Shown here: in pieces, positions 1-9,270 of the stretch | How the letters are laid out: every line of letters begins with the position of its first letter | Position numbering within the stretch: position 1 is the stretch's first letter | Assembly (NCBI GenBank): GCA_965649225.1 | Contig: CBFGJX010000010.1 | Coordinates: 1 to 64,000, forward strand | Origin: a candidate division WOR-3 bacterium | GTDB lineage: Bacteria; Hydrothermota; Tepidihabitantia; Tepidihabitantales; Tepidihabitantaceae | DNA: 64,000 bases | Direction: 5' to 3' | The notes under the pieces: generated by a model | The model's input: only the letters and a program-made list of their open reading frames with translations | Database searches by the model: none | What the model was told of the DNA's origin: nothing | Program-made: the position numbers and the translations under genes

Positions 1-63
1 CCGGACCGCTTCGATCTTGTACTCACGCGTATAGACCTTGCGTGGCTGCTTCTCCGTACTCAA
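1..63 (-). CDS. IS3-family transposase OrfA, N-terminal 21 aa (partial)
   Basis: TTG start at 63 after GGAGG; translates MSTEKQPRKVYTREYKIEAVR, matching the OrfA HTH start pattern RxxYxxEfKxEAVr. Confidence 0.85.
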   Translation of the reverse strand, partial: MSTEKQPRKVYTREYKIEAVR

Positions 64-127
64 AAAACACCTCCGATTCGATGCTAAACCAACCAGTCAG
101 TTTGTCCATCGAATCGGGGGCACCCCA
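1..127 (-). mobile_element. IS3-family insertion sequence, left end (element continues beyond window start)
   Basis: Minus strand from 127 reads TGGGGTGCCCCCGATTCGATGGACA, resembling IS3-family terminal IRs (5'-TG...TGCCCC...GGACA), followed by GGAGG and an OrfA-like start; it abuts the truncated Kelch gene. Confidence 0.85.
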
Positions 128-777
128 AGTTGCACCGCTATGATGTCCGCAGCGGGACCTGGTTTGAGCCGGCACTGGCAGGAATGCCTTTTTTCAGCCG
201 GCTTACCGGGGCGGGGAAACGTTCCCGCGCCGGGGCTGCCGGAGTCTTTCTCCACGGGAAACTCTATGCTTTCAAGGGCGGTAATACACAGGAGTTCTGG
301 CGGTTTGACCCCCAGACGATGACTTGGGCCGAACTGGAAACGATTCCGCGACTGGGGGCGCAGCACAAGAAGCGCAAGGTCAAGGGCGGCGGCGATTTGT
401 GCACCGACGGCCGGGTGATATATGCGTTGAAGGGCGCGAAGACGCTGGATTGCTGGATGTACGTTCCGGAAACAGTCGCACTCGGCGGGTCCAGGCCGGC
501 GCCACACCGGCGCGTAAACAGTCCGGTTGCCACCCGCAGGGTTTGGGCGCATGCGGTCAGACTCGGTGTGTTGAGGGTTGAGTGGTGCGGACTGAGCCAG
601 TGCCGGCCGGTTGTGGTGTCGGTTTTTGACCCGGCCGGTCGGCGGGTACTCCAGCAGGAGTGCGAGCCGGTCCAAGCGGGATGGACAGAGCTGCCGACAA
701 CAGGTTTGCCTCGGGGGACATATCTCGTGCGACTCAGTGGTGAGGCCGACATCGGCTGTCGGGTGGTGCTCAGGTAA
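128..777 (+). pseudogene. 3' half of a Kelch-propeller/T9SS-tail surface protein gene, cut off by the IS3 element
   Basis: LHRYDVRSGTW...KGGNTQEFWRF...KKRKVKGGG...FDPAGRRV...LPRGTYLVRL aligns with the C-termini of the 965-4951 and 32338-36702 products; no N-terminus, IS end at 127. Confidence 0.85.
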
Positions 778-792
778 GCCGACCGTCGAGAG

Positions 793-834
793 GCCGGCGG
801 GGCAGCGTGTTGTCGCCCCGCCGGTCTTTTTTTT
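793..834 (+). terminator. Rho-independent terminator
   Basis: ccggcgggg...ccccgccgg stem followed by T8. Confidence 0.8.
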
Positions 835-964
835 GCGCGGATTGCAGCGGGTTTCGTGTCGGCGGGCAAGGCGCCGGCTGTCGGCGGTCTTTACATTCGC
901 CTGATTGTTTTCCAATATGAGGATGGAAAATCGGGCGCCGGGAGGACCGGCAGAGAGGAAAGCA

Positions 965-3900
965 ATGAGAACGGGTTTACTGACAATCTTTTTCTGGGCT
1001 GCGGTGGCAGTTGCCCTGTCGCCCCTGGAAAGCGACCAGATACTGTTTGATGGTAATCTGACGGCGGTTGACGGCCGGGCTGGCTTTGAGTTCACCCTGC
1101 CGGCGGGCCGGCATTTTGCCGGCTGGTATGCCAACGTTGAGTGTCCGGGCGGGTTTGTGCTGGTCGTGAACGGCACAGTCGTGGCGGCGTTCGGCGCCGA
1201 CGAGGTGCCCAGGACGCGCATCAAGGGCATTGACCTGTCGGCGCACATCGCTTATCTGCGGTCGGGCCAGAACCGCGTCGAGCTGCGTGGAGTCACGGCC
1301 GCCGCTCCCTGGCTGCGGATGTGGCTTTCGGACAATGCCTGGTACCCGGCAAATTTTCACGCTCACACGACTTATTCCGACGGCCGCTACAGCGTGCACG
1401 ATCTGCTGCAACTGGCACTGGGCGCGGGCGCGCGGGCCTATGCGATTACCGACCATAACCGCACCGCTCAATGCTACGACACCGCGTTCCACCCGGTCGG
1501 CAGCCTGAATCCGATTCGCGGTACCGAATGGACCTCGGAGCTGGGCCACGCCAATGTGCTGGAGTTTCAGGGCGCGGCCGTGTTCGATTCAACGCTTTCG
1601 GTGCAGGCGCTGCTCGACGAGGCTTCCTGGCGCGGCGGGTTCGTGCAGGTGAACCATCCCTGCGACGACGAGCTCGGGTTCGGCTGGGACCGCTACCCCG
1701 TGCTCGACTCCGGCATCGACTTCATCGAGGTCTTCAACAACCTGACCTACTTCCCGCCGTCGCCCGGCGACAACGACCGCGAGGCCGTGGCCTGGTGGCA
1801 CAGTCTGCTTGTTGCCGGCAAAACCATTGCCGCGACCGGCAATTCCGATTACCACGGTACGATTCCCGGCGAGGGCGGGCCGATGGAATCGCAGACCAGG
1901 GTCTGGGCGCCGTCCAACCATCCCGACACGATTCTGAAATACACCAAGCTCGGCCAGGCGATGGTGCTCGACGAGTCCGACGACGGCCGCATCTACATCT
2001 ACGCCGACACCAACAACAACGGTACCTGGGACCTGGTGATGGGCCAGCACGCCCGCATCACGACCAGCCGCACGGTCAAGTTCCGCGCCGAAATCGAGGA
2101 CGCCGACTTCCTCGACGACTTCTGGGTTTACAACCGTACCGGCACAGTGCACAACCACTGGTTCATCAACCCGCTTGGGCCGTGGGACTACGCCTACGAG
2201 TGGACTGCAAGCTACAACGCGTCATCGCGTGACTTTGTCCGCGCCTATCTTGAAAACAGTGTCAACGACCCGGAACTGCTTACCAATCCGATTTACATCA
2301 ATCACCCCGACTACGAGCTCGGGCCGACCCGACTGCTCAGTTTGGCGCAGAGCTGGTCTGATTCCGCGTTTGTGGCCGAACCCGAGACCCTGCGGCTGCG
2401 CCTGGAATGCACGGCGGGCTACTCGCCGTGGCGCTACGGTCTCGCCTTTGCCTTTGACACTGCCGACTTCGCGCTCGCCGGCTGGCAGACAGCCGGCCCG
2501 GGTATCGGTGCAATCGAACAGCGTTCAAGCGGCCGGTACGCAATACTGGAGTGGCTCGGCGGCTACACCTGGAACAACCGTCTGCCCGTTGGTTCAGGCT
2601 TCGACTTCTGGGTTGCGGTGACGCCCAAACGCGGCGGGCATCTCGCCGCGCTCTGGCGCAGTTGGGCGCACGACCGCATCCAGATAATTGAAAATGAGCC
2701 GGCGGCCGGGTTCTATGGGCCGGAAGGCCGTTACTGGCACCGCGACTCGCTCTTTGCCCGTGTCATCGATGTCCAGCCTTTGAGCATTGACCTGCCCAGC
2801 CCGACAATCGACTCCTGCGCACCATTTGCCCCGCGCGCGACCGTGCGCAACAACGGCAATACAACGGTCAGCTTCCCGGCAAGCATCACGATCGGCGCAT
2901 ACTCGGGCGCGGCCAGCGTTACCGCGCTCGCGCCCGGCGCAACGCAGCAGGTAGCTTTCAGCCCGGACTGGCAGCCGCAGCGCGGCACACATCCGGTCCG
3001 CTGCATCGCCCTGCTTTCGGGTGACCGCGTCCGAACCAACGACACGCTCACCCGCCCGGTTACCGTCAACGTCCGGGACCTCGCCGCGGTGGCGATTCTG
3101 TCGCCCGCCGACACGATTGTTGCCGGGCCGGTGATTCCCCGCGCGGTCGTGCGTAACAACGGTACGCTGCGCGAACCCTGCGTAGTAGACTTTGCGATTG
3201 ACGCCACCCTGCCCTATTACGACAGCATCGCACTGCCTGCCGGCCTGCCATTTGCGGATACGACACTTGAGTTCGCCGAATGGGATGCGCCGGTCGGCAG
3301 TTTCACCGCGACCAGCGTCGCATCCCTGCCCGGTGACCAGGTCCCGGGCAACGATACCGCGCGTGCCGGGTTCGCGGTCAGGCCGGCCGGTTCCTTTGAT
3401 GTCGGGGTGCTGGCCATCGTTGCGCCGGTCGGGACCATTGACTCGGCCGCCCCGGTAGTGCCGCAGGCCACGGTGCGCAATTACGGCACGCTCGCGACCG
3501 GTTGCGATGCGTGGTTCTTCATTGAGTCGGGCGGGACGGTCGTGTACTCGGCCGAGACCGCGGTCGGCAGTCTCCAGCCCGGCCAGAGCACGTTTGTGAC
3601 TTTTGCCGAATGGCCCAAGCCACACGCGCCCGGCAACTACACTGCGCGCTGCTCGGTTTATGTTGCGCTCGACTCCAACCCCGGCAACGACGTGCTCTCA
3701 GGCGAATTCCGCATCACTGCGCAGACCCTTGAACCCGGCTGGACCGAAATCACGCAGGTACCCCTGCTGCCCTCCGGCCGCGCGGTCAAGGACGGCGGTG
3801 CGATTGCCTGGGATGCCGGCACCGGCCGCCTCTATGTCCTCAAAGGCAACAAGACCGGGGACTTCTACAGCTTTGACGGCACAACCTGGACCACCCTGAC

Positions 3901-4951
3901 CGCCATCCCGCTCGGTGTCGAGAACAAGCCTCCGGCCAAGGGTGCAGGCACCTGCACCGACGGCAACGGCGTGGTCTATGCGGTCAAGGGCAACAACACC
4001 CAGGGCTTCTGGCAGTACTCCGGCGGCACGTGGACCCAGCTTGCCGACATCCCGCTCGGGGCCTCCAACAAGAAGGTCAAAGGTGGCACTGACCTGGTCT
4101 ATGTTGATGCCGGTGACAGCCAGTATGTCTATCTGCTCAAAGGCTACAAGACCGAGTTCTACCGCTACAACGTCACCTCCGGCGTCTGGCAGCCGCTTGC
4201 TGACGCTCCGGCCGGGCAGAAGCCCAAGTGGGACAAAGGCTCCTGGCTGGCCCTGGACCTTGCCGGCAACCGCATCTTTGCCCACAAGGCCAAGTATCAC
4301 GAGCTGTATGCCTACGACCTTGCCACCGGTACCTGGGGTGCGCAGCTGGCGGGCATGCCGCTGCTCTGCAACCAGACCGGCAAGAGCAAGAAGAGCAAGG
4401 ACGGTGGCTCGGCAGCCTTCCTTGCCGACGGCATGCTCTATGCCCTCAAAGGTGGCAACACCTGCGACTTCTACGGCTACGAGCCCGGCTCCAACCAGTG
4501 GGCGGAGAAAGAGACCATGCCGCAGGTGGGCAGCAGTCAGAAGAAGAAGCGGGTCAAAGGCGGTGGCGACATCACCTCGGACGGCACCCACCTCTATGCC
4601 CTGAAAGGCAACAAGACGGTGGAGCTGTGGCGGTATGTGCCGGCAGGCCCGCAGCTGCCGGTCAGCAACCTGCGGCCGGAGAGAAGTGCCGTGCAGGGCT
4701 TCGGACGTGAAGCATCGGACGCGAAGCTGGTTGTCCAGAACCCAAGCCGCGGCGCGACGACGATTCGCCTGACCGGTCTGCCCGCTGGTTCTCCCTCACT
4801 GCTCACCCTGTACGACGCATCCGGCCGCTTGGTTTGCCGCCGGATCATCACTACTGGCAATTCGTCACTCAGCACTTCGCTCTCTCCCGGGGTCTATCTT
4901 GTCCGCGTCACCGGCGGCGCAGAGCTGACGCGGAAGCTGGTTATCGAGTAG
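965..4951 (+). CDS. Secreted PHP-domain (CehA/McbA-like) metallohydrolase with CARDB repeats, Kelch-like propeller and T9SS-type tail
   Basis: Signal peptide; PHP motifs FHAHTTYSDG, ITDHN, GHAN, VNHP, GNSDYH; three CARDB-like units (ATVRNxG...GND); KGNKT/KGNNT repeats; YDASGRLV...PGVYLVRV...KLVIE tail; RBS before ATG 965. Confidence 0.85.
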   Translation: MRTGLLTIFFWAAVAVALSPLESDQILFDGNLTAVDGRAGFEFTLPAGRHFAGWYANVECPGGFVLVVNGTVVAAFGADEVPRTRIKGIDLSAHIAYLRSGQNRVELRGVTAAAPWLRMWLSDNAWYPANFHAHTTYSDGRYSVHDLLQLALGAGARAYAITDHNRTAQCYDTAFHPVGSLNPIRGTEWTSELGHANVLEFQGAAVFDSTLSVQALLDEASWRGGFVQVNHPCDDELGFGWDRYPVLDSGIDFIEVFNNLTYFPPSPGDNDREAVAWWHSLLVAGKTIAATGNSDYHGTIPGEGGPMESQTRVWAPSNHPDTILKYTKLGQAMVLDESDDGRIYIYADTNNNGTWDLVMGQHARITTSRTVKFRAEIEDADFLDDFWVYNRTGTVHNHWFINPLGPWDYAYEWTASYNASSRDFVRAYLENSVNDPELLTNPIYINHPDYELGPTRLLSLAQSWSDSAFVAEPETLRLRLECTAGYSPWRYGLAFAFDTADFALAGWQTAGPGIGAIEQRSSGRYAILEWLGGYTWNNRLPVGSGFDFWVAVTPKRGGHLAALWRSWAHDRIQIIENEPAAGFYGPEGRYWHRDSLFARVIDVQPLSIDLPSPTIDSCAPFAPRATVRNNGNTTVSFPASITIGAYSGAASVTALAPGATQQVAFSPDWQPQRGTHPVRCIALLSGDRVRTNDTLTRPVTVNVRDLAAVAILSPADTIVAGPVIPRAVVRNNGTLREPCVVDFAIDATLPYYDSIALPAGLPFADTTLEFAEWDAPVGSFTATSVASLPGDQVPGNDTARAGFAVRPAGSFDVGVLAIVAPVGTIDSAAPVVPQATVRNYGTLATGCDAWFFIESGGTVVYSAETAVGSLQPGQSTFVTFAEWPKPHAPGNYTARCSVYVALDSNPGNDVLSGEFRITAQTLEPGWTEITQVPLLPSGRAVKDGGAIAWDAGTGRLYVLKGNKTGDFYSFDGTTWTTLTAIPLGVENKPPAKGAGTCTDGNGVVYAVKGNNTQGFWQYSGGTWTQLADIPLGASNKKVKGGTDLVYVDAGDSQYVYLLKGYKTEFYRYNVTSGVWQPLADAPAGQKPKWDKGSWLALDLAGNRIFAHKAKYHELYAYDLATGTWGAQLAGMPLLCNQTGKSKKSKDGGSAAFLADGMLYALKGGNTCDFYGYEPGSNQWAEKETMPQVGSSQKKKRVKGGGDITSDGTHLYALKGNKTVELWRYVPAGPQLPVSNLRPERSAVQGFGREASDAKLVVQNPSRGATTIRLTGLPAGSPSLLTLYDASGRLVCRRIITTGNSSLSTSLSPGVYLVRVTGGAELTRKLVIE

Positions 4952-4971
4952 CCGAAGCTGGTTGACAGTTA

Positions 4972-5004
4972 CGGCGGCGGGCACTGGTCCCGCCGCCGGT
5001 CTTT
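4972..5004 (+). terminator. Probable Rho-independent terminator
   Basis: cggcggcggg...cccgccgccg stem followed by tcttt. Confidence 0.65.
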
Positions 5005-5242
5005 ATCGCCGACCATAGCCGCCCGGTTTGACACCATTTGCCCGGCTGACCAGAATGGCGCAGGGCCGGAACGCGGCCGGCAGTCCGCAGGAAAAAGGAG
5101 CCCGAGCGCTATGCGAGTCAGCGACGAATCTGCCCCGGTCGACCCGGGCGGTGCGCATTACGGGCACGCGGTGCCCTGGCCGCAAGCCCTAGGCGCGAAC
5201 AGGGACAGCGACAAGAGAATCCGTAACGGAGAAAAGGAACCG

Positions 5243-7540
5243 ATGATGACTCTGACCAGGTGTCTGTTGGCGGTCGGCCTGTGGGCAGCGGCGCTGACGG
5301 TTGTCTCCGGTTGCCGGCGCAGTCCGACCCAGAATCGTTACCCTGTTCGCGTGCGTGGCAAGTACGGTTACATCAACCGTGCCGGCAAGCTCGTCATCAA
5401 ACCGCAGTTCGACGGCGCACTCCCCTTCTGCGAAGGTCGGGCAATGGTGAACGTCGGCGGCGAGGAAGACGAGTGGGGCGAGGGTTTGATTGGCGGGCTC
5501 TGGGGTGTTATCGACACCAGTGGCCGTTGGGTGGTCGAGCCGTGCTACGAGGATGTTGAAGCGTTCAGCGAGGGACTGGCCGCGGTGAGTCGCGGGCCGC
5601 AGTACGGGCTGATTGACCGCACCGGCCGCTTCATTGTCGAGCCGCGTTACGACAGGATGTCCTTGTTCATGGAGGATCTGGCGCTGGTGCGCAGCAAAGG
5701 TCGCTTTGGTTTCATCGACACGCTCGGCCGGGAAGTAGTCGCGCCGCAGTACAGCGCGGCCCGGCATTTCTTCGAGGGTCGCGCAGCGGTAAGGCAGGGC
5801 GGCAAGTGGGGTTTCATCGACCGCACGGGCCGACTGGTCATCCCGGCGCAGTACGATGACGTCAACTCGTTCAGCGACGGACTCGCCCCGGTCCAGGTCG
5901 GGAGCAGGGTCGGCTACATCGATACGGCCGGCGCCTGGGTTATCAAGCCGACCTTCGATGACGCGGCTACCTGCAGCGAGCGCCGGATGCGGGTGATGCT
6001 GAACGGGAAGACCGGGTTTGCCGACCCGAGTGGCGCGATTATCGTCAAGCCGGAGTATGACCTGGCATTTGCCTTCAAGGAGGGAGTTGCCCGGGTCAAT
6101 CTTGGCGGCAAGAGGTCCTCGGTCGAATCGGGCGTGAACGGAGGAAAGACCGGTTACGTCGACAGCACCGGCCGCCTAATCTGCGCGCCGCAGTTCGACG
6201 ACGCGTATGATTTCAGTGGCGGCCGTGCCGCGGTGAGAAAGGGCGACAAATGGGGCTACATCGACCGCGCCGGCCGGCTGGTAATACCTCTGCAATACGA
6301 CCGGGCAGTGCCGTTCTCCGAGGGACGCGCCCCGGTGTATGTCAGCGGCAGGTGGGGATTCATCGACACGACCGGGCGCTACATCGTGAGGCCGACCTAT
6401 GAGGGTTGCGAGGACTTCCGTGGCGGCCGTGCGCCGGTGATGGTGAAGGTAGGCAAGGGATACAGGTACGGTTTCATCGACCTGGCGGGACGGCTGGTAA
6501 TCCCGCCGCGCTTCAAGTGGAACTACGGGTTCAGCGACGGTTACGCGGCGGTCGCGGTTTCGGACAGTGGTTCGGGCATCATCGACACTACCGGCAGGAC
6601 GGTTGTGCCGTTCATCTACGAGGAAACCGAGAACTTCAAAGACGGCCTTGCCCGGGTGAAGCTCGGCGGCAGGTGGGGTTTTGTCGACACTGCTGGCCGC
6701 GAAGTAATCAGGCCGCAGTTCGATGATGTCAGCTCGTTCTACAACGGCCGGGCGGTTGCCGTGAACAGTGCGCGGTGGGGATTTATCGACCGCTCTGGTC
6801 GTGAGGTGGTGCCGCCGCGCTTTGCCGGTGCAGATGAGTTCCACGAAGGCTTGTGCGCGGTGGCGGTCGATTCCGGACCGGCCGGCAGGCAGTGGGGCCT
6901 GTGTGACCGGCGCGGCGTAGTGGTCGTGCCCTGCACCCTTGACTGGCCGCTCGGCCCGGTCTCAGGCGGACTGGCTCGATTTGCGGTGTATGACGGATAC
7001 GAGCCGAGGTATGGCTTCATCGACCGTGCGGGCAAGGTCAGAGTCCCGGCTCAGTTCGCCGATGCCGGCCGGTTCAGCGAGAGACTGGCCGCGGTCGAAG
7101 TTGCCGCCGGCGACAGCGCGAAATTCGGCTACATCGACACCGCCGGGCGGATGGTGATACAGCCTGTGTATGGCTGGGCCGGCGAGTTCAGCGAGGGATT
7201 GGCGCTTGTCTCGAAGGGTTATGCTGCCCGTTTGCGGGTCGGCTTGTCTGGGGTGCGAGGCGAAATGAGCTTCATTCGACCCGACGGCAAGCCCGCCTTC
7301 GACCTTCAGTTCGAAGGCGCCAGAGAGTTCAGCGAGGGACTGGCCGCGGTGATGGTCAACGACAAGTGGGGCTATATTGACCGCAACGGTACGATGGTCA
7401 TCGAACCCCGCTACGGCCATGCAGGCAGTTTCTCAGGCGGGCTTGCGCGGGCCGTGCTTGACGACATGACTGGCTACATTGACCGCAGCGGCCGAATGAT
7501 CTGGTCAACCAGAATCAGGCGCGACCGTGGCGACGAATGA
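5243..7540 (+). CDS. WG-repeat (KWG Leptospira-type) lipoprotein
   Basis: Lipobox-like LTVVSGC; many GKWG(Y/F)ID..G..VI.P.(Y/F)D....FSEGLA.V repeats; AAGGA RBS before ATG 5243. Confidence 0.9.
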   Translation: MMTLTRCLLAVGLWAAALTVVSGCRRSPTQNRYPVRVRGKYGYINRAGKLVIKPQFDGALPFCEGRAMVNVGGEEDEWGEGLIGGLWGVIDTSGRWVVEPCYEDVEAFSEGLAAVSRGPQYGLIDRTGRFIVEPRYDRMSLFMEDLALVRSKGRFGFIDTLGREVVAPQYSAARHFFEGRAAVRQGGKWGFIDRTGRLVIPAQYDDVNSFSDGLAPVQVGSRVGYIDTAGAWVIKPTFDDAATCSERRMRVMLNGKTGFADPSGAIIVKPEYDLAFAFKEGVARVNLGGKRSSVESGVNGGKTGYVDSTGRLICAPQFDDAYDFSGGRAAVRKGDKWGYIDRAGRLVIPLQYDRAVPFSEGRAPVYVSGRWGFIDTTGRYIVRPTYEGCEDFRGGRAPVMVKVGKGYRYGFIDLAGRLVIPPRFKWNYGFSDGYAAVAVSDSGSGIIDTTGRTVVPFIYEETENFKDGLARVKLGGRWGFVDTAGREVIRPQFDDVSSFYNGRAVAVNSARWGFIDRSGREVVPPRFAGADEFHEGLCAVAVDSGPAGRQWGLCDRRGVVVVPCTLDWPLGPVSGGLARFAVYDGYEPRYGFIDRAGKVRVPAQFADAGRFSERLAAVEVAAGDSAKFGYIDTAGRMVIQPVYGWAGEFSEGLALVSKGYAARLRVGLSGVRGEMSFIRPDGKPAFDLQFEGAREFSEGLAAVMVNDKWGYIDRNGTMVIEPRYGHAGSFSGGLARAVLDDMTGYIDRSGRMIWSTRIRRDRGDE

Positions 7541-7677
7541 CGGCATCCGGAGGTCAGGTGCCAGGAGCAATCCTTACTGGCCGAAGTGGAGGCATCAAGC
7601 TGCGCGGCCTGCCTGCCGGTGTATTTCATCCGTGTTACCGCCGGGCGACGCTGCGCTGTAAGCTCGTGGTGGAGTAA
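7537..7677 (+). pseudogene. Decayed stand-alone T9SS-tail fragment
   Basis: 46-aa ORF ...ASGGQV...IKLRGLPAGV...KLVVE*, with the expected YFIRVTAG segment present in another frame. Confidence 0.55.
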
Positions 7678-7772
7678 GCGCCGGAAACCGGACACTCCGG
7701 CGCTGGCGTTCTTCAACGTTGCCGGCGGGCAACAGTGTTCTCGAACTGGTTCGATAACCGGAAGGGAAAGCG

Positions 7773-8138
7773 ATGGCCGGGATTGTTTTCTTGAAAACGC
7801 AGGACCTTGAACGGGTGACCGCGTTCTACCGCGAACGGGTCGGAATGAAGCTGTGGCTGGAACAGCCCGAAATCCGCATTCTCGCCCACGGCAATCTGCT
7901 GCTGGGTTTTCATGCCCAGCCCGAGGCAGATATTCAGGGGATGTTCACTTTCTTCTTCCGCACTGCCGCCGAGGTTGACGCGATGTACGCGCGGTTGAAG
8001 GAATTCGCCACAACTGCGCCGAAAACCAACGAGCGCTACCGCATTTATCACTTTTTCGCCCGCGACCCGGAGGGACGGGCAGTCGAGTTTCAGACCTTTC
8101 TGCACCCGGTCGAAGTACCGGGAGGGGCGTGGCAGTAA
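7773..8138 (+). CDS. VOC/glyoxalase family protein
   Basis: 121 aa; DLERVTAFY..VG and FFARDPEGRAVEF motifs. Confidence 0.85.
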   Translation: MAGIVFLKTQDLERVTAFYRERVGMKLWLEQPEIRILAHGNLLLGFHAQPEADIQGMFTFFFRTAAEVDAMYARLKEFATTAPKTNERYRIYHFFARDPEGRAVEFQTFLHPVEVPGGAWQ

Positions 8139-8315
8139 GAGCCGGCGGCAGACCTGGGCCGGTTTTTGTTCGGTGCCGTCGAGCATTGACAAACCGCCGA
8201 GTGCAACCGCAACCCTAAGAATTACAATCAATTAGCCGGAAGGGCGGCCCGGCAGGGGTTGGTTACCGGACAGTGGCCAGGGCGGCATCGGCCGGGCCTG
8301 GGGCGGGCGGCGCTG

Positions 8316-9257
8316 TCAACTTTTGCCGGCCCGGCGTGCCAGTCTGAGCGCGAGACGGATTGCGGCGATGGTCGAACCGGGCCGGGCGATGCCCTTCCCG
8401 GCGATGTCGAATGCGACACCGTGCAATGGCGAGGTGCGCACCCGGCCGAGTCCAAGTGTGGCGTTGACGCCAGAGTCCCGGCCGAGCAGCTTGGCCGGAA
8501 TCATCGCCTGGTCATGGTACATCGCCACCAACCCGGCATAGCGCGACGCTGCGGCGATGGCGGCATCGGCAGGAATCGGGCCGACACAGTTGATGCCCGA
8601 GGCGCGCGCCGCGGTCACTGCCTCGGCAATCCAGTCTTCCTCGCCGAGCGAGAACTCACGGGCGTGCGGATTGAACGCCAGTACGCCGATGGGCAACCGG
8701 ACCCCCGTGGCTTCGTGCCGGAGGAACTCATCGAGCAGACGGATTTTCTCCAGCACCGCGTCAGGCGTGATGTGGCGCGAGACGTGCGCGAGCGGCAGGT
8801 GGATGGTAACAAACACGGCCTTGAAGCGCGGAGTCCAGGCCAGCATCGCGGTGTGCCGGGCGCCGAGCCGGCGGGCAAGGAATTCGGTCTGGCCCGGGAA
8901 GGTGAACCCGGCCAGCCGCAGTGACTCTTTGGACACCGGCGCGGTGACGAGCGCGCTGATTTCGTTGGTTTTCAATAGATGCACGCCGAGTTCGAGCGCA
9001 AGCAGCGCAGTCGTGCCACAGCTTTTCTGAACTTTGCCGAAGGCGAACCGGCCCGGTGATTGCACCGCGTCGTCAACCAGCCCGAGGTCAACGCGGGTTT
9101 TGAGCCGGCGCTGGACCGATTCAAACACCGAGAGCGGGCCGATGATGCGCGGCCGCAGCCGGGGCAGGCGTTCAAGCGCTTTCAGGATTATCTCCGGCCC
9201 GATGCCGGCCGGGTCACCGCAGGTGATACCGAGAGGTGGCGGACAGGGAGAAGCCAC
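8316..9257 (-). CDS. pdxA: 4-hydroxythreonine-4-phosphate dehydrogenase family
   Basis: GDPAGIGPE, TAPVSK, NPHA, AMYHDQ, RTSPLHG.AFDIAGKG; GTG at 9257 after GAGGAG. Confidence 0.9.
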   Translation of the reverse strand: MASPCPPPLGITCGDPAGIGPEIILKALERLPRLRPRIIGPLSVFESVQRRLKTRVDLGLVDDAVQSPGRFAFGKVQKSCGTTALLALELGVHLLKTNEISALVTAPVSKESLRLAGFTFPGQTEFLARRLGARHTAMLAWTPRFKAVFVTIHLPLAHVSRHITPDAVLEKIRLLDEFLRHEATGVRLPIGVLAFNPHAREFSLGEEDWIAEAVTAARASGINCVGPIPADAAIAAASRYAGLVAMYHDQAMIPAKLLGRDSGVNATLGLGRVRTSPLHGVAFDIAGKGIARPGSTIAAIRLALRLARRAGKS

Positions 9258-9270
9258 CGCGAGGTCTCCT

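Noticed and set aside
97..1248. Long antisense and alternate-frame ORFs here and throughout (e.g. 24209-25417, 25862-26992, 43814-44833)
   Set aside because: They overlap well-supported genes, lack motifs and are expected in GC-rich DNA
5243..7540. Nucleotide repeats (e.g. ttcagcgaggga, ttcatcgac) as a CRISPR or DNA repeat array
   Set aside because: They are in-frame WG protein repeats with synonymous variation and no spacer structure
8150..8315. Small RNA between the VOC gene and pdxA
   Set aside because: TTGACA has no properly spaced -10 and no recognisable RNA motif; likely just a convergent terminator region
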